From NCBI GenBank assembly GCA_035285125.1, contig JAYKHR010000045.1, positions 110,412-174,411 of the forward strand: 64,000 nucleotides of DNA. The letters are read 5' to 3'. Position numbers and translations under genes: made by a program. Below the pieces are notes generated by a model, which was given only the letters and a program-made list of their open reading frames with translations, did not search any database and was not told the DNA's origin. Shown in pieces: positions 42,739-53,130 of the stretch. How positions within the stretch are numbered: position 1 is the first letter of the stretch; each line of letters starts with the position of its first letter. The stretch comes from Candidatus Sericytochromatia bacterium (lineage in GTDB: Bacteria; Cyanobacteriota; Sericytochromatia; S15B-MN24; JAQBPE01).

Positions 42739-44077
42739 ACTTCTGCGTGATCTTGCGGATGCGGTTGTTGCCGTAGTCGGCGACGAGGATCTCGCCCGTC
42801 GGCATCACGAGCAGGTCGGCCAGGCTGCGGAACTGCGCGGTGGTGAGCGCGTCGCCATCGACGAAGCCCTCTGTTGTAGACCGTGCGAGCACCTCCTTGG
42901 TGCCCGAGGCCTCCTCTTTGCGCTCGACGGTGCGCAGCACCTCATCCGACACGAACAGGTAGGGGCCGAAGAGCAACACGTCCGCTGGCGCGAAGAGCCC
43001 GGGGAAATCCACCGTGGTCACGGTGCCCTGATTCCCCGCGAGCACCACCTTGCGGATCTTCTCGTTGCCCGAGTCCGCGACGTAGAGCGTGTCGTTGCCC
43101 ACGGCGAAGCACCCCTTCGGAACGCTGAAGCGGGCCGTCTCGCCCGTGCCGTCGGCGTTGCCCAGCACGCCCGCCTTGCCCGCCACCGTCACCACCGCGC
43201 GGGTCGCCAGCGTGACAAGCCGGATCGTGTTGTTGCCGGAGTCCACCACCCACAGCTTGGTCTGGTCGGCCGTGAGGGCGATGCCCGAGGGGCCGTTGAC
43301 CTCGGCGGTGTCGGCCTCGCCGTCTGCGAAGCCCTGGCCGCCGTTCCCGATGATCCAGTCCGTGATGGGCTTGCCGGCGGTGTCCACCGTCCCTGGCTTG
43401 TGCTTGCGGATGCGGTGGTTGGCGGTGTCGCTGATGTACACGACGCCGTCGCGTCCCACGGCCACGTCCTCGGGGCTGCGCAGGCGCGCCGCGTCGTTGG
43501 GCGTCGTGAAGGTGCCGTCTCCCAGCACCGTCGTCACCTGCCCGTCCTTGACCTTGCGGACCATGTGGTTGCCCGTGTCGGCGACGTACACCGCCCCGTC
43601 GGGACCCAGGGCGAGCCCCTTGGGCTCCTTGAAGGTGGCCGTGCCGTTGGCGGCGCCGTTGACCATCCCCACGGCCCCGGTGCCGGCAAACGTGCCGACG
43701 GTGGCGTTGCCGGGGGACGGCAGGTTGGAGGGGACGGGCGTCGAGGCAGGGCTGGCGCTGGCCGCGGGGGTGACGGGGGCGGTCCCGCTGGCGCTGGGGG
43801 TTGGGGTGGGCGTGGTGAGGCCGCTGGCTGAGGGCTTCGGGGTGCCCGGTGGCGAGGCCGAGGCCGGAGGTGAGGCGCTGGCAGGCGTGAGGGACGGCTT
43901 GGGTGTGCCCGGCGGCGACGCGGTCAGCGACGCGGCGGGCGTCGCCTTCTTCTGAGGCCGGCTGGTCCCTGCCTTGCCGGCGCCCTCGGAGGTGGTCGGC
44001 GGGGCCGCCGTGCAGGCCGCCAGCACCACCACGGTGGCGAGCGGGGCGTGGAACCAGGAACGCTGAAGAGGGAACAT
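42737..44077 (-). CDS. NHL-repeat lipoprotein (mirror copy)
   Basis: Exact twin of 13792..15132; identical 446-aa ORF. Confidence 0.85.
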   Translation of the reverse strand: MFPLQRSWFHAPLATVVVLAACTAAPPTTSEGAGKAGTSRPQKKATPAASLTASPPGTPKPSLTPASASPPASASPPGTPKPSASGLTTPTPTPSASGTAPVTPAASASPASTPVPSNLPSPGNATVGTFAGTGAVGMVNGAANGTATFKEPKGLALGPDGAVYVADTGNHMVRKVKDGQVTTVLGDGTFTTPNDAARLRSPEDVAVGRDGVVYISDTANHRIRKHKPGTVDTAGKPITDWIIGNGGQGFADGEADTAEVNGPSGIALTADQTKLWVVDSGNNTIRLVTLATRAVVTVAGKAGVLGNADGTGETARFSVPKGCFAVGNDTLYVADSGNEKIRKVVLAGNQGTVTTVDFPGLFAPADVLLFGPYLFVSDEVLRTVERKEEASGTKEVLARSTTEGFVDGDALTTAQFRSLADLLVMPTGEILVADYGNNRIRKITQK

Positions 44078-44163
44078 CGACGGCTCTCCGACCCGGCGAG
44101 CGGCCCGGCCCGCCTGGTGGTCTCATACCCCAGCAGGCCGCTCGCGTCCCGCGCCGGGCCCGG

Positions 44164-44195
44164 CAAAAAGGCCCCGCCCCCGGGGGGACGGAGCC
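44164..44195 (-). terminator. Mirror copy of the rho-independent terminator candidate
   Basis: Exact reverse complement of 13674..13705 (cggcAAAAAggccccgcccccggggggacggagcc). Confidence 0.6.
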
Positions 44196-44214
44196 TTGGA
44201 GGGCGCGGAGCGCG

Positions 44215-44760
44215 TTACTCGGCGTCGGTCCGGGCGGCCAGGCGACGCGCCCCCTCCACCCACCTCGTCACGGTCGCGAGCGACGGCGTGCCGTCCACGA
44301 AGCGGGGCTTGAAGGTGTTGGCGATGGCCAGCCGCTCGTGCAGGTTGGCGGGGTCGCGGCGGGCGAGCTCCTGGACCGACTCGACGCCGACGGCGGCGAG
44401 CAGGTTGCTCTGGCGCGGGCCGACGCCGGGCAGCTCCATCAGGGCGACCTTCTGCGACCAGGCGAGCACGAGCTTGTAGGGGATGTCCGCCTTCGCGGCG
44501 AGCGTCTGCCGCTTGTAGCGCGTGCCGGTGGCCGTCACCAGCTTGGCGGTGCTGGTGATGCCGGCCTCGCGCAGCTTCTTGCCATAGACGGGGCCGATGC
44601 CCAGCAGGGTCTCGATCGAGTAGGCGCGCTCGGCCTCCAGCGCCGCGGACGCCTGGACGGGGGCCACCCGGACGGGGCCGGCGCCGGTGGCGCAGCCGGT
44701 CGCGGCGGCGAGCACGAGCACCGCGAGGGTGGGGGAGAGCAAGGGAAGTAGGGTGCGCAT
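44215..44760 (-). CDS. DUF4332-like lipoprotein (mirror copy)
   Basis: Exact twin of 13109..13654. Confidence 0.75.
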   Translation of the reverse strand: MRTLLPLLSPTLAVLVLAAATGCATGAGPVRVAPVQASAALEAERAYSIETLLGIGPVYGKKLREAGITSTAKLVTATGTRYKRQTLAAKADIPYKLVLAWSQKVALMELPGVGPRQSNLLAAVGVESVQELARRDPANLHERLAIANTFKPRFVDGTPSLATVTRWVEGARRLAARTDAE

Positions 44761-45030
44761 GAGTTGGAAGAGCTCCTGTGAAAGGTCGCGGGGCGACTTT
44801 AAATTTCCTGAATCAAGACTTAACTTTCCTTTAATTGTAGGCCCGAGCCGCCCGGACCTTTCGTCCCGCGGGCGAAAAATTTTTCATAAGCCCCGAGATC
44901 GTTGCTGCGAGGCCTGATCAAGACTGGTGGGGGGCTGGCCTGGCGGGGGCGGGCAGGCGCCCGCCAGGCCGCCGCTGAAACCGGATTGGAACCAGGGCCC
45001 AGGACAAGGCAGCCAGGAGGTCGTGATCCA

Positions 45031-46209
45031 ATGCCCGCAGTCTCCCCCCTGCAGCCCGTCCCCCGGCGATCCGAGCTGGCGCCGCCCCCCCCGCCGCGCC
45101 AGGGCGACGCCGTGCCCGCCGCGCCCGCGCCGGCCCCTGTCGCCTCGCTCCCGGCGAGGCCCGATGCCGCCTTGCAGGCCGCGCTCGATGCCGCGGCGAG
45201 GCGCTGGGGGCTGTCGGCGGCAGGCATCGTGCTGGTCGAGCCCGCCACCAACCGGCTGGCGATGCGCCACGGCCAGGTGGCCTTCCCGGCGGCGAGCGTG
45301 ATCAAGCTGCCGCTGCTCGCGGCCGTGCAGGAGGCCATCGAGGCCGGCCGCCTCGACCCCGCGGCCTCCGTCGCGGTGAAGGCCGCCAACATGACGGGCA
45401 CGTGGTCGCCGCCGGGCGACGCGCGTCCGCACCTGCGGCCCGGCACGCGGGTGTCGCTCGCCACGCTGCAAGACGTGCTGATCACCCGCAGCGACAACGT
45501 GGCGACCAACACCCTGCTCGATGGCCTCGACCGCACGGCCCTGGCCGCGGGCTTCAGCCGCTGGGGGGCGCCGGCGACGGTCCTGGCCCGCAAGCTCAGC
45601 GCCGGCAACACCGTGCGAGACGACGCCTCGCCGGGCGGGCGCAACCGCACGACGGCCCTCGACATGGCAACGATGCTGGTGCGGCTTCAGGCTGGCACCC
45701 TCGTCTCGCCCGCGGCCAGCGCGCGCATGAAGGCGATCCTCGGCCGCCAGCTCGACCATGACAAGATCCCGGCCGGGCTGCCCCGCGACGCCCGCGTCTA
45801 CCACAAGACGGGCGAGACCTCCGAGGTCACGCACGACGTCGCCATCATCGAGGTGGCCGGGCGCAGCTACGTGCTCGCCGTGCTCACGCGGGAGGCGCCC
45901 GGGGGGAACACCTGGGCGCGCATCGCGGGCCTGACGCGGGACCTCCACCAGGCGGTGCTGGCGGCCCCCGCGACGCCCGCGCATCCGGGGGGGCTGCCGG
46001 CCGCGCCGCCGCCGCTGCCCGGGGAGCCGCCCCAGGCGGGGGAGGAGCCGGCCCTTGCGGCACCGCCGCCCGAGGCCACGGCGGGGCCCGCCAGCCTGGC
46101 GCCGCAGGCTGCACCGCGGCCTGTGGCGGCAATGCTTGCCGGGCTCGCCGCGCTCGCGGCGGGGGCCTCCCGGGTGCTCGGCCAGCTCGCCACGCGGATT
46201 CCGCGGTGA
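45031..46209 (+). CDS. Class A beta-lactamase-fold serine hydrolase (mirror copy)
   Basis: Exact twin of 11660..12838. Confidence 0.8.
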   Translation: MPAVSPLQPVPRRSELAPPPPPRQGDAVPAAPAPAPVASLPARPDAALQAALDAAARRWGLSAAGIVLVEPATNRLAMRHGQVAFPAASVIKLPLLAAVQEAIEAGRLDPAASVAVKAANMTGTWSPPGDARPHLRPGTRVSLATLQDVLITRSDNVATNTLLDGLDRTALAAGFSRWGAPATVLARKLSAGNTVRDDASPGGRNRTTALDMATMLVRLQAGTLVSPAASARMKAILGRQLDHDKIPAGLPRDARVYHKTGETSEVTHDVAIIEVAGRSYVLAVLTREAPGGNTWARIAGLTRDLHQAVLAAPATPAHPGGLPAAPPPLPGEPPQAGEEPALAAPPPEATAGPASLAPQAAPRPVAAMLAGLAALAAGASRVLGQLATRIPR

Positions 46210-46213
46210 GCGC

Positions 46214-48671
46214 TCAGGGCTGGCCGAGCGGGGCGGGGCTCCGGCCCACCTCGCCCATCAGTTGGAGCAGGACCTCGAAGTTGTAGGTGTCGGCGACCTG
46301 GAAGTAAATGGCGTGGCGGCTTCCCGTTGCCCCGAAACGATGCTTTTCGAGGGCCGCCCCCATCCCGAAGCACACGCGCGTGGCCCCCACCGCGCGAGCC
46401 CGTCCGATGGCGGCCCAGATCGCCTGCCGGTAGACCCCGTGAGACTCGACGTAGCGGTAATCCAGCCCCACCAGGAGCGGGACGTAGGGGCCCGGCCCCC
46501 GGTGCGCGGCCAAGAAAGCCACGGGCTGCCCGTCTGCAGGCCCCCCCAGCTTCAGGGGGAACGTGGAGCAGCAGGAATTCCCAGGCCTGCCTCCCGTTCA
46601 TCCGCTCGAAAAGTGCCAGGGGGAGCGTGAAGGTGTTGAGTTCGAAGCTGCGAGCCTGAACGTTGGCATACAGGCGGTGAAGGTAGCGCAACTCGTCCTG
46701 GCTCAGCGCCGGCGCCTCGCCCCCAGCCAGGCGAACCTTGAGCTGCGAGGTCCTGGGCAACACCTCTTGCTTGAGGAAGCGGCGCGACCGCCGCGTGAGG
46801 CGCGCCATGTAGTCGTCGAGCCTGTAATCCGGCGCCAGGTCGAGCACCATCGTTTCGGGCATCAGGTAGCGGGCGAAGCCTTGGGACAACAGGTAGGCGT
46901 CCAACTCGGGATCCTCTGCGTCGAGGTCTCGCAGCACCAGCACCCGGGCGCCGTGGGATTGTTCCTCTGCGACGTCGCGAAGGATCAGCCGGAGCGCCTC
47001 TCGCCAGTCGCCCGTGCGGTCCAGGTAGAGGTGGTCCCCTTCGGTCAGCAGCGATCCCATCGCCAGGGTGCGTGAGGTCAAAAAGGTGGGGTCCTTCCGG
47101 CGCCGCTGCTCGGCGAGCCTCGACACGTCGGGAGAGGCGATCATGTCGTCCTTCCAGAGGGTCTCGGTGAAGAACGTGGCGGCAACGGCCTTCCCCGCGC
47201 CATCTCGCACGAGGTAATACAGGAACCGCCAGTTGTTTTCGGGGTGGGCTTGCCCCTCAAAGGTGGCTTCCAGGAGGGCCAGGGCCTCCGCGCCGAAGGT
47301 GCCGCGATTCCCCAGCAGCGCGTCCCACTCCTCGGCATCGAGCCGGGCGATGGAGGTGACCTTCTCGAGCCGCAGGTGCGTCGGTGTGGGCCTCGCGACG
47401 GCTTGCGGGTGCTCTGCCTCCCCGAGTTGAAACGCGGCCCGGACCTCTTCCAAGGAAGAACCTGCTTGCTGCAGGGCCAACGGCAGGTGGTGGGCCACCG
47501 CCTCTGCCAGCCGGCTGATGTCGTCGAGGCTCAGGTGCCGGGTCAGCGTGAGGCGCAGTCCCGCCCGCTTCATCGGGACCAAGGGGAAGACCGCGACAGT
47601 CAGGTAAAAGCCCTCCCGCTGCAACCGCTCGACCATGTCGTAGCTGACCTGCGGCAGGCCTGTGGCGATGAAGCGGACGGGGCTCTCGTCCTGGGACACC
47701 AGGGGCAGCCCGAGTGCGTTGCAGACCCGGTTGCAGTGTCGGATGCGCTCCAGCAGCTCGTGCTGGAGGGCTGGAAACTCGGGGGACAAGTGGAGCCTGG
47801 CCGCGGCCACGGCGGCCCCGAGCATGGGAGGTTGGAGGGGCCCCGAGAAAATCAACGGTCCACCGCCCATGCGCACCCTGGCGCGCAGCTTCGGGTCTGG
47901 CAAGAGGAGCACGCCACCCGCGCAGGCAAAGGCCTTGTTCAGGGAGGTCGCCACCACCATCCTGGGGTGCAACGGCGTGTTGCCGAGCACGAAGCCGCGC
48001 CCGTGCTGGCCGCACCAGCTCATGGCGTGGGCGTCGTCGACGTACAGGTGGAGCTGCTCGTGCTGCCCGAGCAGCTTCATCAGCGCCTCGATCGGCGCAA
48101 AGTCTCCGTACATGCTGTAGACGCCATCCGCCAGGTACCAGATGTGGCGGCGACGACCGCGTTCACGCACCAGGATGTCCTCCAGCTGGGCGAGGTTGTT
48201 GTGACGGATCACCTCCAGGCCGGCCCCGTGCACCCGCGCCAGGTTCGCCGCGTTCATCACGCTCGCGTGCACCTGTTGGTCGAGCACCATCAGATCCGTG
48301 TCCTCGACCAGCGCCGGCAAGGCTGCGATGTGGCCGAGCGACGTGGTGGGCGTGGGCAGGGGGATGGCGTCGAACACGGCTTCCAGCAGCGCCTCCAGCT
48401 CCTTGTACGGAGGTGCGGAGACCGCGGCGCGTGAGGCGGAGAACTGGGTGCCGTAGCGGCTCACCGCCTCGATGGCGCCAGCCTTCAGGCGCTCATCGAG
48501 CTCCAGCCCCAGGTAGGAGCAGGATGCGAAGTTGAGCCATTTCTGGCCGGTCACGGTGATGCAGCGCCCGTCGAGGACCTCATCCTCGGCCGTGTGAAAC
48601 AGGACCCCGCGTCGCGCGGATTCCGCAAACATCCCGAAGGCCAGGTCGACGTAGTCAGCGTGGCGTCTCAT
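46214..48671 (-). CDS. Alpha-oxoamine synthase / FemAB-GNAT-like fusion, frameshifted at C7 46541-46547 (mirror copy)
   Basis: Exact twin of 9198..11655. Confidence 0.8.
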
Positions 48672-48846
48672 CGGAGGATGGTTGAACCTTTCCTGCAGGG
48701 TCCGCTATTGTTGACCGTGGAAAATTGGCGACACACGGGTGCGCACGACTTCGAAACCTCCACGGAGCCATTGTGACACAAGTTGAGCAGGCCAGTATCA
48801 GCAACGTCCTTGGCGTGGCGACGATCTTGGTTATGTCAGCCTGGAT

Positions 48847-50142
48847 TTGGAGGCACCACCAGACCCCGTTCTTCAGACTGTGGCTGTGCGCCTACGGGGG
48901 GGGCTTTGCCTCCTGCTGTCCGAGATGTTTGCAGCCTTCTTTGGACGTCCCGGATGGTTGTGGGGTCTGGAAGTTGTCCTGGTCAACGCGATTTGCTGGT
49001 GCCTCGTTCAGGCCTCTCGGGTCTTGCGCCGTGACGCCCCGATGACCGCGCGTCGCCTCCCCCTTTTCTTGGTGGCTACTGGCCTTCCTGGCGCCGGCCT
49101 TGCTGCGTGGGGGCAGCCTTTCAATGTGGTGGTCCTGCCCTCCATGCTTGCCTATTCTTGGCTCCACGTGTGGCTGGGATGGAGCATCCTGCGAACCCAC
49201 CAGGCCGCCGGCTCCAGATTCCTGGGCCTGCCCGTTGTCATCTCCGGCCTCTGGTTTTTCTCCTATCCTGTCCTGGCGCACACGCCCTGGGCCTGGGTCG
49301 GGTACTCGGTTTCGATGGTGCTGAACCTGATGGTTGGGGTTGGCATGCTGGTCTTCCTGATCGAAACCACGAACGCGCAGTTGCGCCTCCACAACGAGGA
49401 GCTGGCCCGGCTGGATGCCGCGAAGTATCAGTTCATCACCACCATCGGCCACGAGCTCAGGACGCCCCTTACCTCCGTGATCACCGCGCTTCACATTCTG
49501 AGGAGCGGTCAGGGTCAGGCTCTGGCCGAGCCGACCGCGGGGCTGCTCCAAGTGGCCGAGGAGCAGTCCCTGGTGCTGAAACGCCTGGTGAATGACGTGT
49601 TCGAGCTGGCTCGCTTGCGAACGCATGGACTCTCCTGCGAGAAGGGCCCCACCCAGTTGAACGACCTGGTGCACCAGGTGACGAACGCGCAGCGGCCAGC
49701 GTTCGACGCGGCAGGCATCACGCTGGTCACGGACATGCCGTCAGAAGGGGTCTCCATCGAGGCCGATGCAGACCGCCTGAACCAGGTGCTGCAAAACCTC
49801 CTTGATAACGCGCGCAAGGCGACCCCGGCCGGGGGGCGCGTGGAGGTGCAGCTGGCCAGGATGCCACGTGCCGCCGAGCTGCGGGTGGTCGACACGGGGG
49901 TCGGCATCGAACCCGAGCACCTGGCTCGGGTTTTCGAACCGTTCTTCCAGGCCTGTCCCGGCCAGTCGGGGAGCCGGGGCCTCGGACTTGGCCTGACGCT
50001 CAGCCGTGCGATCATCGAGGGGGGGCACCAGGGAACGCTGACGGTGACCAGCACGCCAGGCGAGGGAAGCAACTTCGTCGTCACCTTGCCCGTATCCGCA
50101 CGCCCGGCTGAACCCGTCGTCTTTACGGCCTCTCGGGCCTGA
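48847..50142 (+). CDS. Sensor histidine kinase (mirror copy); probable true start GTG 48773 via a frameshift at G8 48896-48903
   Basis: Exact twin of 7727..9022. Confidence 0.9.
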   Translation: MEAPPDPVLQTVAVRLRGGLCLLLSEMFAAFFGRPGWLWGLEVVLVNAICWCLVQASRVLRRDAPMTARRLPLFLVATGLPGAGLAAWGQPFNVVVLPSMLAYSWLHVWLGWSILRTHQAAGSRFLGLPVVISGLWFFSYPVLAHTPWAWVGYSVSMVLNLMVGVGMLVFLIETTNAQLRLHNEELARLDAAKYQFITTIGHELRTPLTSVITALHILRSGQGQALAEPTAGLLQVAEEQSLVLKRLVNDVFELARLRTHGLSCEKGPTQLNDLVHQVTNAQRPAFDAAGITLVTDMPSEGVSIEADADRLNQVLQNLLDNARKATPAGGRVEVQLARMPRAAELRVVDTGVGIEPEHLARVFEPFFQACPGQSGSRGLGLGLTLSRAIIEGGHQGTLTVTSTPGEGSNFVVTLPVSARPAEPVVFTASRA

Positions 50143-50276
50143 GCGGGGACCGGGTCCGGCCGGGCAACGCGCGCTTTCAGGCGCGCCAGGGAAAGGATCG
50201 AGGCGGCGACGTATGTCACGGCCCTGGGCGGGGTACGAGCGGGGTCGGTCCCTGAACGGCTTGCCGGAGAACCGCC

Positions 50277-52190
50277 GTGGTCCCCTCGCGCCTCGCCCTG
50301 TCCCTCCTGGTCGGAGCCTTCCTGCTGCCGAGCTGTGCCCCGCCGGCCGGGCTGAGCCCGGCGCCGACGGCAGGCGCGGCTCCGGGGGGAGGGCCTCCCG
50401 CGTCCCTGGCGCCCTCCGCCCCGGGCAGCGCCTCACCACCGCCGGCGTCGGCCTCGCCCGCCCCGGCGCCTGCGACGCCCCTGCCCGCCATCCGCCGCCG
50501 GCTGCTCGGCAGCGTGGCCGTTAACGGCCAGCCCGTGGAGGGCGCCAGCCTCACGGCCTGGGACCTCGCCACGGGGCGGGCGGTGCCCCTCACGGCCTGG
50601 GAGGAGGCCGGCGGCGGCACCCTGCGGACGGACGCGGCCGGGGCCTTCGACCTTGCGCTGCCGCCGCTGGCGGCAGGCCAGGTCGTCCGGCTGGTCGCGA
50701 AGACGGGTTCCCAGGCCTTCGTCGCGCTGCTCGACGGCCAGGGGCGGCTCCTGGCCGCGCCTGCCCGGGGCTACGCCCTGCGCGAGGCCGGCGACGTGAC
50801 GCTGCGGCTCGTGCTCAGCCCCGCGAGCACGGCCGCCGCTCGCGCCTTCCAGGGCGTCTTCAAGCTCCAGTTGCTGCGGCCGCAGGCGGCCCGGGAGGCC
50901 GGCGTGGCGCAGGCCTTCGAGGCCGCCAGGCGGGCCGTGGCGGCGCTCGAGGAGGCCCTCGCCAGGCAGCCGGCCTGGGCCGACGACCTCGTCACGGGCC
51001 TCGGCCCGGACGGGCTGGCGGCCTCCTCGGACGCCCTGCGGGCGGCGCTCGGCCGGCTTGGCGCCTTTGCCGCGCTGGACGGGGCCGTGCGCGCCGAGCT
51101 TGCACGGCTCCCGCTCGAGCCGCTCGCGGTGGCGTCCGGCACCGTCCCCTTCACGGCGGAGGACTTCCCGCTCGACCGGCCGACGATCGGGGTGGCGGGT
51201 GAGCTGGGCTTCAGCGGGCTGGCGCCGGGCCTGCGGCTGACGGGTGAGCCGGCTGGCTGGGTGCCCACGCCCGAGCGCAAGCGGCGGCGGGATGGTCTGG
51301 GCAGCCGCTTCCGGCTCGTCGACATGGGGCGGCCGGCCAACCCCGCCCGCGTGACGCGCTGGTACGGCTCGTTCTACGATTCCCGGTACATCCTGCTCGC
51401 CCACGGCCCCGAGCTGCGCATCTACGACACCGGGACCGGGGTGCTGCGCGACCCGGTGGCCACGGCCTGGCAGAATGCCGTTCGTGGCGCCGTCCGGGAG
51501 CCCGGCAGCGCCGCCGTGCTGGCCCACGGCGACTCGGAGCAGCTCCTGCGCGGCACGCCCGTTGATGCCAGCCTCAGCGCGTTCACGTGGCAGCCGTACA
51601 TGCCCATCGAGTCGGCATCCAACGTCTACAACGCCTTCCGGCGCTTCGGCGAGCGGCTCTACCTCGCGAACGACCGCGCCGCCCAGGGCGCCTCGCTCTA
51701 CGAGGTCACGGGCACGCCGCCAGCGACGGTGCCGGTGGCCGTCGGGCACCCACCCGTCGAGCGGCTGCCGGCCAGCAGCCGGTGCTACGACGTCGCCTTC
51801 GACGTGACGCCGGGCTACTCGAGCCCGCCGGGCTGGCTGCTGGCCCAGCACCCCAAGGCTGGGGACACGCGGTGGACGGCCATCTGGGCCGTGAACCCCG
51901 CCAACGGCGGCACGAACACCCTGCTGGTCGACAACATCTTCATGGGCCGCACGCTGGCGTACTCCTGGCGCCGGCGCGAGCTGTACGTGTCGAGCTACGA
52001 CACCGCCGCCCTGGTCGCCACGCAGCCGGTGGTCGTGTATGCGTATGCCATCGGCACGAGCGTGCTGGCGGTGGACGTCGACACGGGCGCGACCCACCAC
52101 GTCGAGTGGGACCGGGGGACGCCCGAGCGGCCCGTCAGCGGGCTGACGGTCTCGCCCGACGGCGAGGTGCTCTACGGCTTCATGCTCTGA
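50277..52190 (+). CDS. 637-aa lipoprotein of unknown function (mirror copy)
   Basis: Exact twin of 5679..7592. Confidence 0.7.
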   Translation: MVPSRLALSLLVGAFLLPSCAPPAGLSPAPTAGAAPGGGPPASLAPSAPGSASPPPASASPAPAPATPLPAIRRRLLGSVAVNGQPVEGASLTAWDLATGRAVPLTAWEEAGGGTLRTDAAGAFDLALPPLAAGQVVRLVAKTGSQAFVALLDGQGRLLAAPARGYALREAGDVTLRLVLSPASTAAARAFQGVFKLQLLRPQAAREAGVAQAFEAARRAVAALEEALARQPAWADDLVTGLGPDGLAASSDALRAALGRLGAFAALDGAVRAELARLPLEPLAVASGTVPFTAEDFPLDRPTIGVAGELGFSGLAPGLRLTGEPAGWVPTPERKRRRDGLGSRFRLVDMGRPANPARVTRWYGSFYDSRYILLAHGPELRIYDTGTGVLRDPVATAWQNAVRGAVREPGSAAVLAHGDSEQLLRGTPVDASLSAFTWQPYMPIESASNVYNAFRRFGERLYLANDRAAQGASLYEVTGTPPATVPVAVGHPPVERLPASSRCYDVAFDVTPGYSSPPGWLLAQHPKAGDTRWTAIWAVNPANGGTNTLLVDNIFMGRTLAYSWRRRELYVSSYDTAALVATQPVVVYAYAIGTSVLAVDVDTGATHHVEWDRGTPERPVSGLTVSPDGEVLYGFML

Positions 52191-52224
52191 CGGCGTGCGG
52201 GGCACGGGAAAGGGGGGCCGGCCC

Positions 52225-53130
52225 ATGGGCAGGCGGCATGCGCTGGCGGCGGCGCTCGTGGCTCACGTGGCCCTGGCAACGGCGTGCGCCCCGCTGGCGC
52301 GGGGGGGGCGGGCCATCGGCGAGCAGCTCGTCGCCTGGTCGGGGCAGGCCGCCCCGGCGGCCTACCACAAGCGGCCCCTGCCCGCGCTCCCGCGGCCCTG
52401 GATCGTCGCCCACCGGGGCTACTCGGCCCTGGCCCCCGAGAACACCCTCGCCAGCCTGCGGGCCGCCGTCGAGGCGGGGGCCGATGCCGTCGAGTTCGAC
52501 GTGCGCCTCACGCGCGACGGGGAGGCCGTGCTCATGCACGACCCCACCGTGGATCGCACCACCAGCGGCCGGGGGGAGGTCGCCAGCCTGACGCTCGCCG
52601 AGCTGCGGCGGCTCGACGCGGGTGGCTGGAAGCACCCGCGCTGGCGCGGGGAGCCCGTGCCCACCGTAGCGGAGGCGCTGGCGGTGCTCGCGGGCCGGGC
52701 CGTGGCGGTGGTCGAGCTCAAGGAGGCCCACCCCGGGCTCGTGCGGCGCGTGGCCGAGGCGCTGGGCAGCCACACGCCGCCGGGCGGCGCCATCTTGATT
52801 TCCTTCCACCGCGCCGCGCTGCGCCGGCTGGCGGGGCTGGCGCCCGACCGCCCCCTCGGCCTGCTGGTGCGGCCGCTGGAGCCACCGCCCACCCGGGCGC
52901 TGGGCGCGCACGCCGACCTGGTGCTGAGCTGGCACGAGGCCCTCGGCGGCCCCGTCGTCGCGGCCGCCCACGGGCAGGGGCTGCCGCTGTTCGCCTGGAC
53001 GGTGGACGAGCCCGCGGCCATGGCGCGGCTGCTGCGCTGGGGCGTGGATGGGCTCGTCACCAACGAGGTCGACCGGGCCGTGGCGCTGCGCCGGGCCTGG
53101 CGGGCAGGCCTGCCGATGCCCGCGCCCTAG
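52225..53130 (+). CDS. GDPD family phosphodiesterase (mirror copy)
   Basis: Exact twin of 4739..5644. Confidence 0.85.
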   Translation: MGRRHALAAALVAHVALATACAPLARGGRAIGEQLVAWSGQAAPAAYHKRPLPALPRPWIVAHRGYSALAPENTLASLRAAVEAGADAVEFDVRLTRDGEAVLMHDPTVDRTTSGRGEVASLTLAELRRLDAGGWKHPRWRGEPVPTVAEALAVLAGRAVAVVELKEAHPGLVRRVAEALGSHTPPGGAILISFHRAALRRLAGLAPDRPLGLLVRPLEPPPTRALGAHADLVLSWHEALGGPVVAAAHGQGLPLFAWTVDEPAAMARLLRWGVDGLVTNEVDRAVALRRAWRAGLPMPAP